Source of the DNA: Andalucia godoyi And28
Lineage: Eukaryota > Protista > Jakobida
Direction: 5' to 3'
Length of the DNA stretch: 64,000 nt
Assembly (NCBI GenBank): GCA_009859145.1
Contig: VRVR01000006.1
Location: 338,596 to 402,595, forward strand
Part shown: one piece after another, positions 20,411 to 32,190 of the stretch
Layout of the letters: the number at the start of each line of letters is the position of its first letter
How positions within the stretch are numbered: position 1 is the stretch's first letter
The notes under the pieces: generated by a model
What the model was told of the DNA's origin: nothing
Database searches by the model: none
What the model saw: the letters and a program-made list of their open reading frames with translations, nothing else
Translations under genes and position numbers: made by a program

Positions 20411-23116
20411 TTACACGCCCGCTGGGAAACTATTGATCTCGCCTTGCTCGACCCGGTGAGTTCCGTTTTCATCCCATTCCAACTTGATTCGCATAACTAC
20501 AGATTTTGTACCGTGCATCGAATTCGTGACACGAACTTCCTGGTGGACCCACGAAGAACCATTCGCGGGAAGATTCTTGCTGCTGGCAGTCTTCAATTCC
20601 AGTTTGATGTATTTGGGAACAGCAGCTTGGAATACAAAGTTTTCGATCTCGTGCGGGTTATCGTTCCGGAAAGCAAAGCGCATGGCAGTGATTTGCGGAT
20701 TCGTAGGGTGTTTCTTGAAGTCCGATCGGATTGTGATTCCGAACTGATTGAACAGGTCCTTTGCAGGAATGTCTCCAGAAGCAGCAGATGCGGCGGCATG
20801 TGATGGGCCACCAGAAGATGGGACTGTTGCATTTCCTGTGGGGGCCGCCGGCTGCACAACAGGTGCAGGCGCAGGCGCCACATGCGCAATAGGCATCGGT
20901 GTCAGCAAATCGGCTGTTGTGTCATGATAGGCAGACCGATACGGGGCCGGAATCGACCCAGCAGCGGAGGAAGTCGTCATCGACCCAAAGCCGCTGAGCA
21001 AATCATCAACCCCAAGTTGCTGAGACGGTTTTGCTGCGGGGGCACTAGCGGTAGTCGTAAGGCCCATACCGCCAAACAAGGATCCGCCAGTCAGCGGAAG
21101 TGCAGCCGCAGAGGATCCGCCAAAATCCAAAAGCGCATCAATATCCGATGCAAGATTGTTTGGCTTCGGAGCAGCAGCCGCAGTACTACCAGCAGGACCT
21201 GACGGCGAAACCGGCAGGAGATTGCCTTCCGCGAAGTTGTGTCCCGCATTTGATGAGCTCGGAGAACTGAGAGCCGCGAGATTTGCCTTTTCGTAGGCTG
21301 GTAACTTGTCAAGCAGACGGTTTCGGACAGACGGATCACGGTTCGTGACAATCAAGTAAAATTCGTGAGCACGCGATTGGAGTTCGAGAGGAACAGCTCG
21401 TCGGAATCGATCAATCATTTCTGCAATTCTGGTCCTTGACTCGCTGGATGGCAGTCTCACGACCAACTTGGTTGCGGCAGTCAACGCATACAGCTGAGAG
21501 CGCATTGACAACGGTGTGCGCAACACATAGTCTACAGCATCAAGAATCCTTGACTCGGTGACCGGAGAATTGGACTCCGGTTCCTCTGCTCCGCCATCCG
21601 GAAGTCTTGCTGCAGCCACGTTTGTTGGCGAGGCGTACGGAACCAGCAGGAGCTCTCCAAACTCTCCGATTGTCCAGCAGGCTAATTCAATCACCTTTGG
21701 CTGCGACACTTGTGTCTGGTATGCCTCCAAGTATCTGAACATCTTCCGAACAACATACGGTTGGATTTCGGGGGCTTTCGAAACAACAGACACGAGCATT
21801 GCGATGTGGTCGTATCCAACAAACCGCCCTGCAACGCGCAGCAAGTCCACTGCCCAGTCCACGTGCCACTTGGGAGAAGGTGCATATTGCTCAATCAATG
21901 TGCACAGCTTTGGAGCAATGTCTTCTTTCATGTCGTCCTTGGAAGCCTCCAAAAACAAAATCATCTCCGGAACCAGGATATCAACATTTGTGGACCTTGC
22001 AAGCGCACACACCAAGTCAGCAGCCCGCTTCTGAATGGAGACATCAGGATCACGCAGGCACTCGAGCACCGTTCCTCTGTGTTTCTGAATGGCAGCAGAA
22101 TCTCTCTGCACGACTCTTGAAAGAGAATGAAGAGCTGTATACCGCAGGTTGTTATCCTTGTTGGACAGAAACCGGCCAAGCACATTGACAGCGAGGACAC
22201 GCATCGGCTGCGGAGAGGCATCCAGCTCCATGATGGTGTGGCAGCATTCGTACAAGACTGCATTTCCTGCGTTCTTTCCCTGTTCTGTGTTGGTCGCTAC
22301 CAATGCCAAAATTTCAATGATGGCTTCTTGCTGGCTGCTTCCCATCTCCATCAGCAAACGCAGCAGGCGGATGATCTTAACCTGCAAAAACGGATCTGCA
22401 ACACCTCCCACATCGTGCTCGACAGCAGAATTCGAAGCAAGCAAGTTCCTAAGCAGCCGGCACAAAAACGGCACACATTTTCGGTCAATCAGCTCTGCAA
22501 TATCCGCATTCACGAGGCAGCATTCGTGGGCCAGCTGAACAGAGGCAACCAGCATTCCATGGTTCTTGTCTTGCAACATATTCACAATCTTCTCACCTAC
22601 CAAGTCCACCAAATCGGAGACTCTTCTTACCGTCCGAACAGCAGCCAAGGCAGCCTTTTTGCGAATGTACGCATTGGAATGATCGCACATTTTGAGTACT
22701 GCCGGCAGCAGATCCCTCAGCATGGACTCGTTTCCAATGTTTGCCAGCGTATGAATCGCCAGCGCTTGGACCAATGCATTCGTATCCAGCATATCCTTTG
22801 CAATCTGGTTTTGCACAAGCGTCAGCATATTGTCATCGTCTTCAAAAACAAGAGCAATTGCAAGGTATCCGACGCGCTTCTCAGGGAACTTCTCCGACGT
22901 AATAAGAGTAATAGCAGCCATCTTCCCCCAGCTGACGTCATATCCCAGCATATGCATGTACATGATCTTTGCGACATTCCGGGCTCGATAGGGGTTCTCG
23001 TCGTCCTTGATGGCCGTCCGAATCGATGCTCCTTCACGCGCAACAACGTCACGCTCTTCCGCAGCAGTCTTTGCCGCTCGCACTGCTCGAATCAACTCTC
23101 TTAATCGACTCGTCAT
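20411..23116 (-). CDS. AP1G1: AP-1 complex gamma adaptin
   Basis: RLRELIRAVRAAKTAAEER, EKRVGYL, DPFLQVKIIRLL, YECC.TI, ELQSRA.E and a gamma-ear domain. ATG at 23116. Confidence 0.95.
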   Translation of the reverse strand: MTSRLRELIRAVRAAKTAAEERDVVAREGASIRTAIKDDENPYRARNVAKIMYMHMLGYDVSWGKMAAITLITSEKFPEKRVGYLAIALVFEDDDNMLTLVQNQIAKDMLDTNALVQALAIHTLANIGNESMLRDLLPAVLKMCDHSNAYIRKKAALAAVRTVRRVSDLVDLVGEKIVNMLQDKNHGMLVASVQLAHECCLVNADIAELIDRKCVPFLCRLLRNLLASNSAVEHDVGGVADPFLQVKIIRLLRLLMEMGSSQQEAIIEILALVATNTEQGKNAGNAVLYECCHTIMELDASPQPMRVLAVNVLGRFLSNKDNNLRYTALHSLSRVVQRDSAAIQKHRGTVLECLRDPDVSIQKRAADLVCALARSTNVDILVPEMILFLEASKDDMKEDIAPKLCTLIEQYAPSPKWHVDWAVDLLRVAGRFVGYDHIAMLVSVVSKAPEIQPYVVRKMFRYLEAYQTQVSQPKVIELACWTIGEFGELLLVPYASPTNVAAARLPDGGAEEPESNSPVTESRILDAVDYVLRTPLSMRSQLYALTAATKLVVRLPSSESRTRIAEMIDRFRRAVPLELQSRAHEFYLIVTNRDPSVRNRLLDKLPAYEKANLAALSSPSSSNAGHNFAEGNLLPVSPSGPAGSTAAAAPKPNNLASDIDALLDFGGSSAAALPLTGGSLFGGMGLTTTASAPAAKPSQQLGVDDLLSGFGSMTTSSAAGSIPAPYRSAYHDTTADLLTPMPIAHVAPAPAPVVQPAAPTGNATVPSSGGPSHAAASAASGDIPAKDLFNQFGITIRSDFKKHPTNPQITAMRFAFRNDNPHEIENFVFQAAVPKYIKLELKTASSKNLPANGSSWVHQEVRVTNSMHGTKSVVMRIKLEWDENGTHRVEQGEINSFPAGV

Positions 23117-23649
23117 CCAAAGCAAACAAACCAAAACCAAAACCAAAACCAAAACCAAAATAACAATGATAGCAATGATAATAATAACAACAATAGTAAT
23201 AATTAAAATTGAGTCCCTTCTCTTTTCCCCCTCTTCTTTCTCTCTTCTTCTTCCTTCTTTCCTTGTTCGTGAGAAGCAGCGAGCGATAAGAATCTTTTCA
23301 ACAAGTATAAGAAACAGCCATCAACAGAGAAGGAAAAAGAAGAAAGCAGGAATGGAACGAAAGGATTTCACAGCCGGAAACAAAATGACTTGAAGGGAAA
23401 GTTTCCCTTTTGGCCGTGGCACAGGGGAAATTGGGGTATTACCCTCAAGCGAATGCCTCCTCCCAAAACATTTGGCTTACAGGCTGCGCCTCAAGCAGAT
23501 TATTTAATGAAAAAGCGCCCTTTTTTATTATTATAGATTTACAATCAGCATCAGCGCCCATCCAAATGAGTTCCCCCTTTGAGTGGGACATCCGTGGGTC
23601 TGCGCACCCCAAAACACCGACAGCCTATTCTTTCGTCAAAGCTCTCGAA

Positions 23650-24200
23650 TTGATCAATTAGTACATTCGTCAGAAACCGTTTGGACTCTGGGAACCAAAA
23701 AGAGGAAGACGGGAAAGGCGCACCATCGGGCGTTCAAGCAGGCCTTGGAGAATATGGTAACGAATATCAGCAAAATCTCTTGGAACGCGTCCATTCTGTT
23801 CAATCAGCTTCTTCTGTTCCATATGCGAAACGGAACCAGAGTCCCAAACTTGGTTCCTGGAGGGATTCGACACTGCGCACGGTGGGCAACATCGATCCAC
23901 GCAAAGAATTGCTCTGGACACGGAAGCCATCAAGCCTCATTCCCCAGTAGTACAATACAAGACAAACTTTTTTAACTATCATTCCAGCATCCTTCTCAAA
24001 AGGACCCAAGCCATCGTCTCCGGGAGGGGCGGTTTGCGATGCTGTGAATCCGCCCATTGCACGGCTCGGCGCTGGAAGTCCCGAGACAAGAATGCGGCTC
24101 TCAATGTTCGACAGTGTCTCATTGGGCCTCGACACTGCACACGTGCGCCGCTGCGGCAACGACAGCAACAACGACGACTGCAATCAGTAGCAGCAATCGG
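23650..24200 (+). mobile_element. Internally deleted Fanzor1-like relic F1-b
   Basis: N-terminal helix KQALENMVTNISKISWNASILFNQLLLFHMRNGTRVPNL (about 23736-23852). After a stop and frame change comes GGLRCCESAHCTARRWKSRDKNAALNV (about 24028-24108), the zinc finger plus RuvC-III RD.NAA.N motif. Confidence 0.75.
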
Positions 24201-24954
24201 GCAGAAGAAAAAGGTCGGCCTTCATTCAACAGCGACGTTGACGACTGTCAAACTCAGCTGTACTATCCGATGGTATTCACAAGACGGGAGGATTACATTG
24301 AGGTTTCGTCGGACAACAGGTGTCAGAGGCTTTTTTTTTCTTCTGTAGCCTCCATTGATGCTGCAGTTCGGCCTTTTTATTACTATTTTTTAAATTTTTT
24401 TTGCTAAGGGAGCTGTCTGTCCCCTTCATCTGAATGAATGCTTGGGCCTGTTTGACCTCTCTTCTTATTTTCTCCATTCACGCTTTTCGGATTCTTTTTT
24501 GTCCTATTTTCTCATTCACTCCCACGCTCACTTGCTCACTCTCTGTTTACTGTTGTTTGTACTCCGCGAATCCGAGTTAGAACACTCCGTCTTCCCGTCC
24601 AAGGAAGAAGAAGAAAGAAAGAAAGAAAGAAAGGGGGGAAAGAAAGAGATTGGACAGATATTGTACTTCTGGTTGTCGTAGGGTTTTTGCTGCATCCTTC
24701 GTCTTTCTTTTCTGGGTTTCAGGCTCTCTTTGGTGGCAGAACTCGAGCAGACGAAAGAACCTTGGACTGAGGCACTGTTCATTTCATCTTTTTTTAATTA
24801 TCAATTCTTGGTGTTGCTCTTTTTCTTTTCAATTTAAACAGAGCGTGCGTGTTTTTGTTTTCTTTTTTTCAAAAGGGGAAAACAAAAACAAAAAAAAAGA
24901 AATCTTTAAATAGGTGTGGGGATTCTTAATTTCTGAGGTTTGACAAGTGAGAGG

Positions 24955-26244
24955 ATGGAGATCAGTGTGGATGAAAAGCGAAGTTCGTCGGGCGATATGC
25001 CGAGTCCTATGGAGGCGTCTCGAAAGCTTGCTCTTTCCGACTTTGAGATTGGAGATCAGCTTGGAGAGGGATCGTTTGGGCGTGTGGTGAAGGCCAAGCT
25101 GAAAGGTACTGGGGAGACATTTGCGCTCAAAATCGTGAACAAGGCGATGATTGTGAAGCTGAACAAGCTGGGCACTGTCAAGGCGGAAAAGGAGATACTC
25201 AATTCAATCAAGCATCCATTCATCATTGAGCTTCGCGGGACGTTCCAAGACGAGGAGAACTTGTACTTTTGCTTGGAATTGGCCACTCGAGGCGAGCTGT
25301 TTTACTACATTCGCAAGTATGGGCCGTGTTCCATGACGGCAGCACGACACTATGCCGCCGAAGTCATCTGTGCACTGGAGTATCTGCACGCACGGGGCAT
25401 TATTCACCGTGATTTGAAGCCGGAGAACATCCTGCTTTCGGAGAACTGGCACATCAAGCTTACAGACTTTGGAACTGCAAAGGCAGTCGATGAAAATGCT
25501 GCAGGACAGAGAGCCACGTTTGTTGGAACTGCGCAGTACGTGGCTCCGGAAACGCTCGAGAACAACATCACGTCTCACCATTCCGACCTGTGGGCCCTTG
25601 GCTGTGTGATCTTCCAGCTCATGGCTGGAAAGCCTCCATTTGAAGCTGAGTCGGAGTATTTGGTTTTCCAGAAGATCCTCGGACTCGAGTATGTGTTTCC
25701 GGAAACGGTCTCCGAATCTGGTCGCGATCTCGTTTCTAGTTTGTTGCAGAAGGATCCGCAAAAGAGACTAGGCGCCACGTCGTACGCCGAGCTTAAAGAT
25801 CACCCTTTCTTTTCGGGGTTGCAGTGGGATAAGCTGCAGGATATGACTCCTCCGACGCTAGTCAAGGCCGAGGTCGATGAAAAGGTGAAGCGGCAAAGAT
25901 CCCAGTCTGTTATTGATCCCAAGGAAGTTGCTCGCTGGTCAGCCTTCCTTTTACCTGGAGAATCGATACTGGAACTTGGGTTGGTTGTGAAGAGACGAAA
26001 GATGACGTCTAAGAAGAGAACGCTGATTCTGACGGATACCCCGAGGCTCTTCTATGTTGCCCCAGATACAATGGAGCAAAAGGGAGAGATTCCATGGAGC
26101 CCCGAACTCTGGTGTGAGCTGAAGAACGACCGCGACATCATTGTGCACGTCCCCGGAAGAAACTATGTCCTGGAGTGCTCCGACAATCGTGCAAACTCTT
26201 GGGCTTCTGCCATCAACAAACTGAAGATTGCGGCGAATAAGTAG
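24955..26244 (+). CDS. PDPK1: 3-phosphoinositide-dependent protein kinase 1 (AGC kinase plus C-terminal PH domain)
   Basis: GEGSFG, HRDLKPEN, DFGTAK, TFVGTAQYVAPE; PH domain KRTLILTDTPRLFYV...KGEIPWS. Confidence 0.95.
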   Translation: MEISVDEKRSSSGDMPSPMEASRKLALSDFEIGDQLGEGSFGRVVKAKLKGTGETFALKIVNKAMIVKLNKLGTVKAEKEILNSIKHPFIIELRGTFQDEENLYFCLELATRGELFYYIRKYGPCSMTAARHYAAEVICALEYLHARGIIHRDLKPENILLSENWHIKLTDFGTAKAVDENAAGQRATFVGTAQYVAPETLENNITSHHSDLWALGCVIFQLMAGKPPFEAESEYLVFQKILGLEYVFPETVSESGRDLVSSLLQKDPQKRLGATSYAELKDHPFFSGLQWDKLQDMTPPTLVKAEVDEKVKRQRSQSVIDPKEVARWSAFLLPGESILELGLVVKRRKMTSKKRTLILTDTPRLFYVAPDTMEQKGEIPWSPELWCELKNDRDIIVHVPGRNYVLECSDNRANSWASAINKLKIAANK

Positions 26245-26660
26245 TCGTTCTTCCTTTCCCCCAGTTTTCTTTTTGATTTCTTGACGTGTTCTTTCTGGTG
26301 CTCCTTGTCTTTTGTTCACTGCCGTGTCGAAAACGACTATTGTCTGATGTGTTTTTCATTTTTCTTCTGCTTTTATAATTTTTAATTTTTAACTGTTTAA
26401 ATCAATCCCCCCCCCCCCCCCCCCGTCGAGCCTGGCGCTCCTCTTACCAAAACGAGGATTTCCTGGATGCTCTCGACTGAAACTCGTCAACTTTAATTGT
26501 CTGTTCTTCCATGTCCTTCATTTTTGTGATGTCGTGTGTTTTTTTAATTATTTTTTTGTATGCCATTTTTATTAAAAAGAAAAAGGCCTCCTCCGAGTTT
26601 GTTCTGCAAATGGAAAGTCTTTTCTGTTATTTTATTCTACATTGTATTATATTATATAAT

Positions 26661-26870
26661 ATTCTTCGGGGAATGGGTTCACCATGTTGGGCTGAAGAAC
26701 ATCTCATGTCTGCAGAACGACTGCATGTTCCCCCACCCCACTTTCCTTCGCACAGTAAATCAGAAGAAGACAAGAAACACGGTCTGTCGCCACCCTTGTG
26801 AAAAACGGTTGTAGTGCAAGTCGGCTTCTGTTGGCGAATCGAAAAAGTCGAGCACCAAACGCTCAGCATC
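26661..26870 (+). mobile_element. Highly decayed Fanzor1-like fragment F1-f
   Basis: Collinear motifs LRGMGSPC, AERLH, HGLSPP and CSASR...KSRAPNA, matching LRGYTQPC and HERS at 47.5-47.6 kb, ERSMH and DGLTP at 30.2 kb, and KSRDKNA at 24.08 kb. Confidence 0.45.
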
Positions 26871-27041
26871 AAGCCGATGTCAGCCCAACCCTTTTTTGCA
26901 GTCGTGTTTCTCATTTTACCAAAATCTACCATATATTTTTTTTTCGACTCTTTAATTCCGGATGCGTCATGAATAATTGTTAATATTAGTGATTCTGCGT
27001 TGTTCACTGGGACGAGAGTGTGGTTTGGAGGGGGAAGGGAA

Positions 27042-29234
27042 ATGGCACAGAACAGCGAGACGGAGCGAAACCTGGAGCAGACTGTGTTTCAGTATTTGCG
27101 TGAGCGAGGATATTCAAAGACTGCGGAGGCCCTGAAGGTGGAAGCGAAGGCGCTCTCGTACGACGAGTTCGTGAATGCGGCTGCTCCAGCTGAGATGCGT
27201 GCGCGCTTACAGCAGCATCTGATGCTGTTCACGACACGACCGGCAGCTGAAAAGTACGACGAGTCGTTCTGTGCTCTACGAGACTGGATTGCTTCGGCCA
27301 TTGACGTGTACCAGGCGGAGCTTGTTGTTGTGTTGTATCCTTTGTTTGTGCACTGTTTTCTCGATATGATCCGAAGAGACTATTCGGATCTTGCGCGGAA
27401 CTTTTTGATGAAGCACGCGCGAGCATTTCAAAAGTTCCACAAGGATGAAATTCGAGATTTGGAAATGGTGCTACTTCCAGAGCATTTTTCGTCGTCACTG
27501 ACTGCAAAGAAGATGCTGGATAAGCGAGTGGCTGTGCGGTTGTGTGACTATTCGTTTGAATCTCTCTTTTTCTTTCTGCATGAATCAGACTCGTTCTTGA
27601 TGATGTCGCTTCTGAATAACCATTTTGCGTTCAAGGTGTATGCTGGTGCGCCGGATTTTCATCATTCATTGTCGATTGCTGCAGTTACGGCACCGACGGC
27701 AAAGGAGGAAGAGGGAATGGGTGAGGCGCTTCGTTGGGATCCGGTTGATTTCGAGGGCACTGTGCGGGAAAAGTGGACGGCTGCGCAGGAGGCGCTCCAG
27801 CAGCAGCAATCTGGTACAGCGGCCCCTGCTCCAAAGAAGATCAAGAAGGAGCAGGATGCAGACAAGACGACAGGAGCATCGACGCAGCTGTTTGCTGCAT
27901 TTGGATCCACTGGTGTTGCAAGGAGTACTCCCGCGTCGTTATTTATGAAGGATTCATCTTTGTATGCGCTTTTCAAGGAACTTGAGGCCAAGATGAAGGT
28001 GTCCAAGTCGTCGTTGCCCTCAGCGTGCTTCTTTACTTTGCTGAATTCTGCCAACCGGCTCACTTGTTCTGCTTCTTCCTTGATGGGGAACGTCCTTGCT
28101 GCCGGATTCAGCGATTCTACAGTCAAGATTTGGGAGTTAAAGTATCGAACGAGCGCTGCAGAAGATGCGATCGCCGCGATTCACACTGCTGCGCAGACGG
28201 GCCAAGTTGCAAAAAATGCCCAGCAGAACTTGCAGAAAGCACAACAAGCAAATGTCAAGCCTTCCATGCAGTCCCAGGCCCAACTACAACAACAGCAACT
28301 ACAACAATCATCCAAGGCAGGATCCGCCGCTGCACAGACGCAAGACTCCATCATGAGCGACTATTCGTGCCTTGTTGGACATGCGGGGCCAGTGTACTCA
28401 CTGTCATTCTCTCCAGACGGTCGATACCTGCTCTCGGCGTCTGAGGACGGCACCGTGCGATTATGGGCGATGCTGACCCACCGAAACATGGTAGTGTACC
28501 GCGGCCACGGATATCCAGTGTTTGACGTGTGTTTCTCTCCGCTCGGATACTACTTTGCTACTGCCTCTGCAGATCGCACTGCACGTCTTTGGTGCACTTC
28601 GCACATCCAACCGATTCGCATTTTCGTTGGACACACCTCCGACGTAACCTGCGTTGCGTTCCATCCAAACTCCGAGTACGTTGCCACCGGCTCTGACGAT
28701 CGTTCCGTTCGAATCTGGGAAAACCGATCTGGCAACTGCAAGCGCATCCTTCTGGGTCATCAAGGCTCTGTTTCTAAGGTTGCATTTTCTCCTCGAGGCA
28801 ATATTCTTGCTTCCGCTGGGTGGGACAACACCGTGCGCGTTTGGGATATCCTTGCTGGATCGCAGATTGCCGTGCTGCATGGTCATGGTGCACCCGTCTA
28901 CACTCTGGACTTTTCGCTGGATGGGTCCTTGCTTGTATCCGGTGGTTCTGACAATTCAGTCTGTGTATGGGATGCTGCCAAATTTTCAGAGTTGCTCGTT
29001 GAGCGCCCCCAGGATGCCGATGTGGATGTGGTCATGAAGGACACTGGATCCGATACAGCAGGAATTGATAGCGAAGATGCATCCAACAGCGCTCCTCCTC
29101 AGGCACCCTCTCCGTTCCTGCTTACGCAATGGTTCACCAAGAACACGCCCGTGTTTTCGCTCAAATTTACAGCCCGGAATATTCTTCTTGGCTCTGGTCC
29201 GTTCTTTTCCGAGAAGCAGCAACAATCTTCCTGA
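27042..29234 (+). CDS. TAF5: TFIID subunit 5 (LisH-like motif, NTD2, WD40 repeats)
   Basis: VFQYLRERGY, VLYPLFVHCFLDMI (NTD2), GHAGPVY, YRGHGYPVFDV, and RIFVGH WD40 repeats. Confidence 0.95.
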   Translation: MAQNSETERNLEQTVFQYLRERGYSKTAEALKVEAKALSYDEFVNAAAPAEMRARLQQHLMLFTTRPAAEKYDESFCALRDWIASAIDVYQAELVVVLYPLFVHCFLDMIRRDYSDLARNFLMKHARAFQKFHKDEIRDLEMVLLPEHFSSSLTAKKMLDKRVAVRLCDYSFESLFFFLHESDSFLMMSLLNNHFAFKVYAGAPDFHHSLSIAAVTAPTAKEEEGMGEALRWDPVDFEGTVREKWTAAQEALQQQQSGTAAPAPKKIKKEQDADKTTGASTQLFAAFGSTGVARSTPASLFMKDSSLYALFKELEAKMKVSKSSLPSACFFTLLNSANRLTCSASSLMGNVLAAGFSDSTVKIWELKYRTSAAEDAIAAIHTAAQTGQVAKNAQQNLQKAQQANVKPSMQSQAQLQQQQLQQSSKAGSAAAQTQDSIMSDYSCLVGHAGPVYSLSFSPDGRYLLSASEDGTVRLWAMLTHRNMVVYRGHGYPVFDVCFSPLGYYFATASADRTARLWCTSHIQPIRIFVGHTSDVTCVAFHPNSEYVATGSDDRSVRIWENRSGNCKRILLGHQGSVSKVAFSPRGNILASAGWDNTVRVWDILAGSQIAVLHGHGAPVYTLDFSLDGSLLVSGGSDNSVCVWDAAKFSELLVERPQDADVDVVMKDTGSDTAGIDSEDASNSAPPQAPSPFLLTQWFTKNTPVFSLKFTARNILLGSGPFFSEKQQQSS

Positions 29235-30029
29235 TTCCCGTGTCGAAACGCATCCAATAAAGAAGAAGAAGAAAAGGTATTTTTTTGGCTGCATCGTTGC
29301 GTCTGACGTAACTATGGGCTTACGCCTCCGCAGTGCATGCCGCGCGTTTATATACATACGTATGTATTGTATATCTCTGTGAACACGGCACATTTCTTTC
29401 AGTTATCACTGCTTTTGAAACTGCATACGAGAAAATGTCGCAAATGGATGAAATCATTCGGGACAAGCATGCTCTGACCCTTGCGTCGCCGTCCGACATC
29501 ACCTTGCTTGCGATATCTCGCGGCGTCGTATGTTTGCGTTTTCCTCCACCTGCAATTGTGATTTTCTTCCATCACCCATCACTCAGTCATTCATTCAGAC
29601 ACTCGCATGCAATCATCTCTCTAACCTTTGCACCAATTATTCATATGCCTCCGAGTTCACAATAATGACGACGACGACATAGTCTTATGCTCAAGTGTAT
29701 CAAGAGCTGGAATGCTATGCAACTGGCCGAAATGCATCGCAGCCGCTCTCTGCCGATGGTGCATCCAGTCTTCTCCCTACCACTGCTGCTGCGAATGGAG
29801 ATCATGACGGCCATGTGGATGCTGTCAGGATTGTGAAGAAAATCACCCGTGCACAGGCTGCCGCCACTTATCAGCCTTTGCTCCAACCACCGCAAAATAC
29901 TTCGTCTGCGTCTTCGTCAAGCACAAGCACAAGCACAAAAGACACACATTCACGAAAACGCACGACTCGATCTGATCATTTGTAAGTTACAAACTGCCCT
30001 CGGCCTCCTTCCTTTATGCCGTATGCTCC

Positions 30030-30609
30030 CAGTTCGGGGTAATGTACCAAGCTGCCCGTTCTATGCATCGTGTAAACTAGAGTCGTTTCCCTCATTTTAT
30101 TTTATTATACATAATTGTGCCCGTATGCATTCCTCTTTAATTTATCGAGTTCATCAACCCTACTGTTTACGAGAGCGGTCGATGCACTGCTGCTCCAATG
30201 CCCCGCTGCCGAATAACCGCGCAGTGCGAAAAGGACGACGGTCTGACACCTTTGTGTATCAACATTGAACGAGATCAAGCAATACGATCTCTTACGGTAG
30301 TCAAGTCCAGAATTTCTTTATTCTTCACTTTTCTTCTTCTCTCTATTATTTTTCGTTTGTGTTTTATGTATAATCGAATTCCATGGCTCCAAGGAGGGGA
30401 TCTTCCCAACAAACGCAAACCGGCCATGACCGACGATGCCGAGAACCAAGAAACTCGTGGTTGCGACGACCCTCTGATGCAGAGCAATCTGCATTGAAGA
30501 GGGTGATGCTCGTCCCAATTAAAGAAACAAAACAAAAACAAGTGGCTTGGATCTGTCTTCGGTGACAGCTTAGCCGATGATCAATAATGGTTCGTGTTTT
30601 GGCGAGCGG
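30030..30609 (+). mobile_element. Fanzor1-like relic F1-c (RuvC-II/zinc-finger remnant plus structured right end)
   Basis: FYASCKLESFP, RERSMHCCSN, DGLTPLC, then the shared block cttcccaacaaacgcaaaccggcc, a GCAA hairpin (30477-30494), a ctgtc/gacag hairpin (30553-30568) and caataatgg. Confidence 0.65.
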
Positions 30610-30818
30610 AAGCGATACTTTTCCTTCCAGTCGTAAATAAAAAAAGAAAAAAACAAATGCGCACTGGGCCACAAAACGACTTCAGAAGGCCGCATACAGT
30701 GCAATACTTTACAACATTTGAAACAGAGAGAAAGAAAGAAAGAAAACAAAAGAGACAGAGAGAGACAGGGAGACAGAGAGAGAAGCTCAGTCAGGAGGAG
30801 GAACAAAAGGAGAAAAGA

Positions 30819-30920
30819 ATGTCAGATGCAGACGAAGCCTATGTAGATTTGTACGGTGTGTCGCGGCCGCCTCCGCCGCCTCCCATTGAAAAGAAAGCCG
30901 TCTTGGCCGCCGCCCAAGCC

Positions 30921-30973
<53 letters not shown>

Positions 30974-32006
30974 ACAAGGACAAGGGCAGTCAGCGCAAGG
31001 CGGTCATCCGGAAGAGTCGTCTGCGGCGACGACCGCAACTGCCGTGCAGTCCGGCAAGTCATCCGATGGAAAAGATCAGAGCAGCAGCGACAAGGTCGGG
31101 GACGATGATGAGGATGAGGATGATGATGAGGATGAGGATGATGATGATGAAAAGGAGGGTTCAAAGGTTCGAATTACGTTAAAGTCGATTAATGTGCGAC
31201 TTCCAACAAGCGCAAATGCAAACACTCACGCACCAACGACCGCTGCGAACCCTGCTGCGAACCCTTCGTCCGCGACGGTGGTGGGTGGCGCGACATCGTC
31301 TTCTGCAACGACTGTGGTTCGAGCGAGTGGGGCGACGTCGTCTCTTGTTCCGCTGATTCCTGGTTACGACCAGCCTGTGATTGCACTGGATGTGTACGAA
31401 GAGGAGCTCGATACACATGCGGACAAGCCCTGGCGAAAGCCTGGGGCACATGCGCCTGACTTTTTCAACTACGGCTTCACCGAGGACACGTGGCGGCTGT
31501 ACTGCCACAAACAGCGTGTGCTGCGACACGAACGCAACAAGGGTTCTGCGTGGTCACAGGCGGACGAGCAGCTGTATCTGCAGACCCAACAGGCGATTGC
31601 CAGTGGGCAGAGAAAGCCGTGGGCCGAGTTTGATGCAGAGTTTGCAGAGGAACGGAGAGCAAGAGGACAAGCTGCGCCGATCGGCTACGCGCGGACGGTC
31701 AATACCCAGGATGCTACCATGGCGTCAGCTCCCCAATCGCAAGGACATTCCCAATCCCAGTCTCAAGGACAGTTCCAAGGACAAGGACAAGGACAGGGAC
31801 AGGGGTATGGTGGGTATCATCGAGGTGGATACGGTGGTGGTAACCGGGATCGCGATCGCGATCGAGATGGTGGAGGAGGAGGTGGTGGTAGAGGTGGGTA
31901 CAACAGGGATTCGAACCGAGGAGGGTATGAAAACAGAGGAGGAGGAGGGTTCAAAAGAGAACAGAGAGATTGGGACCAGGATAGAGATGCCAAGAGGCGA
32001 AGATAG
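30819..32006 (+). CDS. FIP1L1: Pre-mRNA 3' end processing factor FIP1
   Basis: Fip1 motif DKPWRKPGAHAPDFFNYGFTEDTWRLYC, acidic N-terminus, RD/RGG-rich tail. ATG at 30819. Confidence 0.93.
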
Positions 32007-32190
32007 CCGATCACGCATCTTATGTCGTTCACTCAATCACTTTTTATTCGCTCACTCTGTGCGTTCTCTTTGTGGAATAATACAATGTTTGCGATGTAGT
32101 AAAACCGAAATGGAAACCAAAAACTCAATGTGCTCAAACAGAGAGAACGACGGAGTCTCAGGAGGTGGTGATATTGAAAGAAAGTTTACA

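Noticed and set aside
29700-30290. Ankyrin-repeat pseudogene reading (AAANG..HVDAVR, KDDGLTPLC)
   Set aside because: The GL(T/S)P motif recurs in the other relics between the ER motif and the RD..N motif, which fits a Fanzor1 zinc-finger region better. An ankyrin origin for 29.7-29.9 kb cannot be excluded.
30594-30818. N-terminal extensions in the ORF track (FIP1, AP-1 gamma, DEGS, MEINOX-TALE, AP-1 sigma, SKICH-like)
   Set aside because: They translate AT-rich or microsatellite UTR sequence from non-ATG or spurious starts; homology begins at the downstream ATG.
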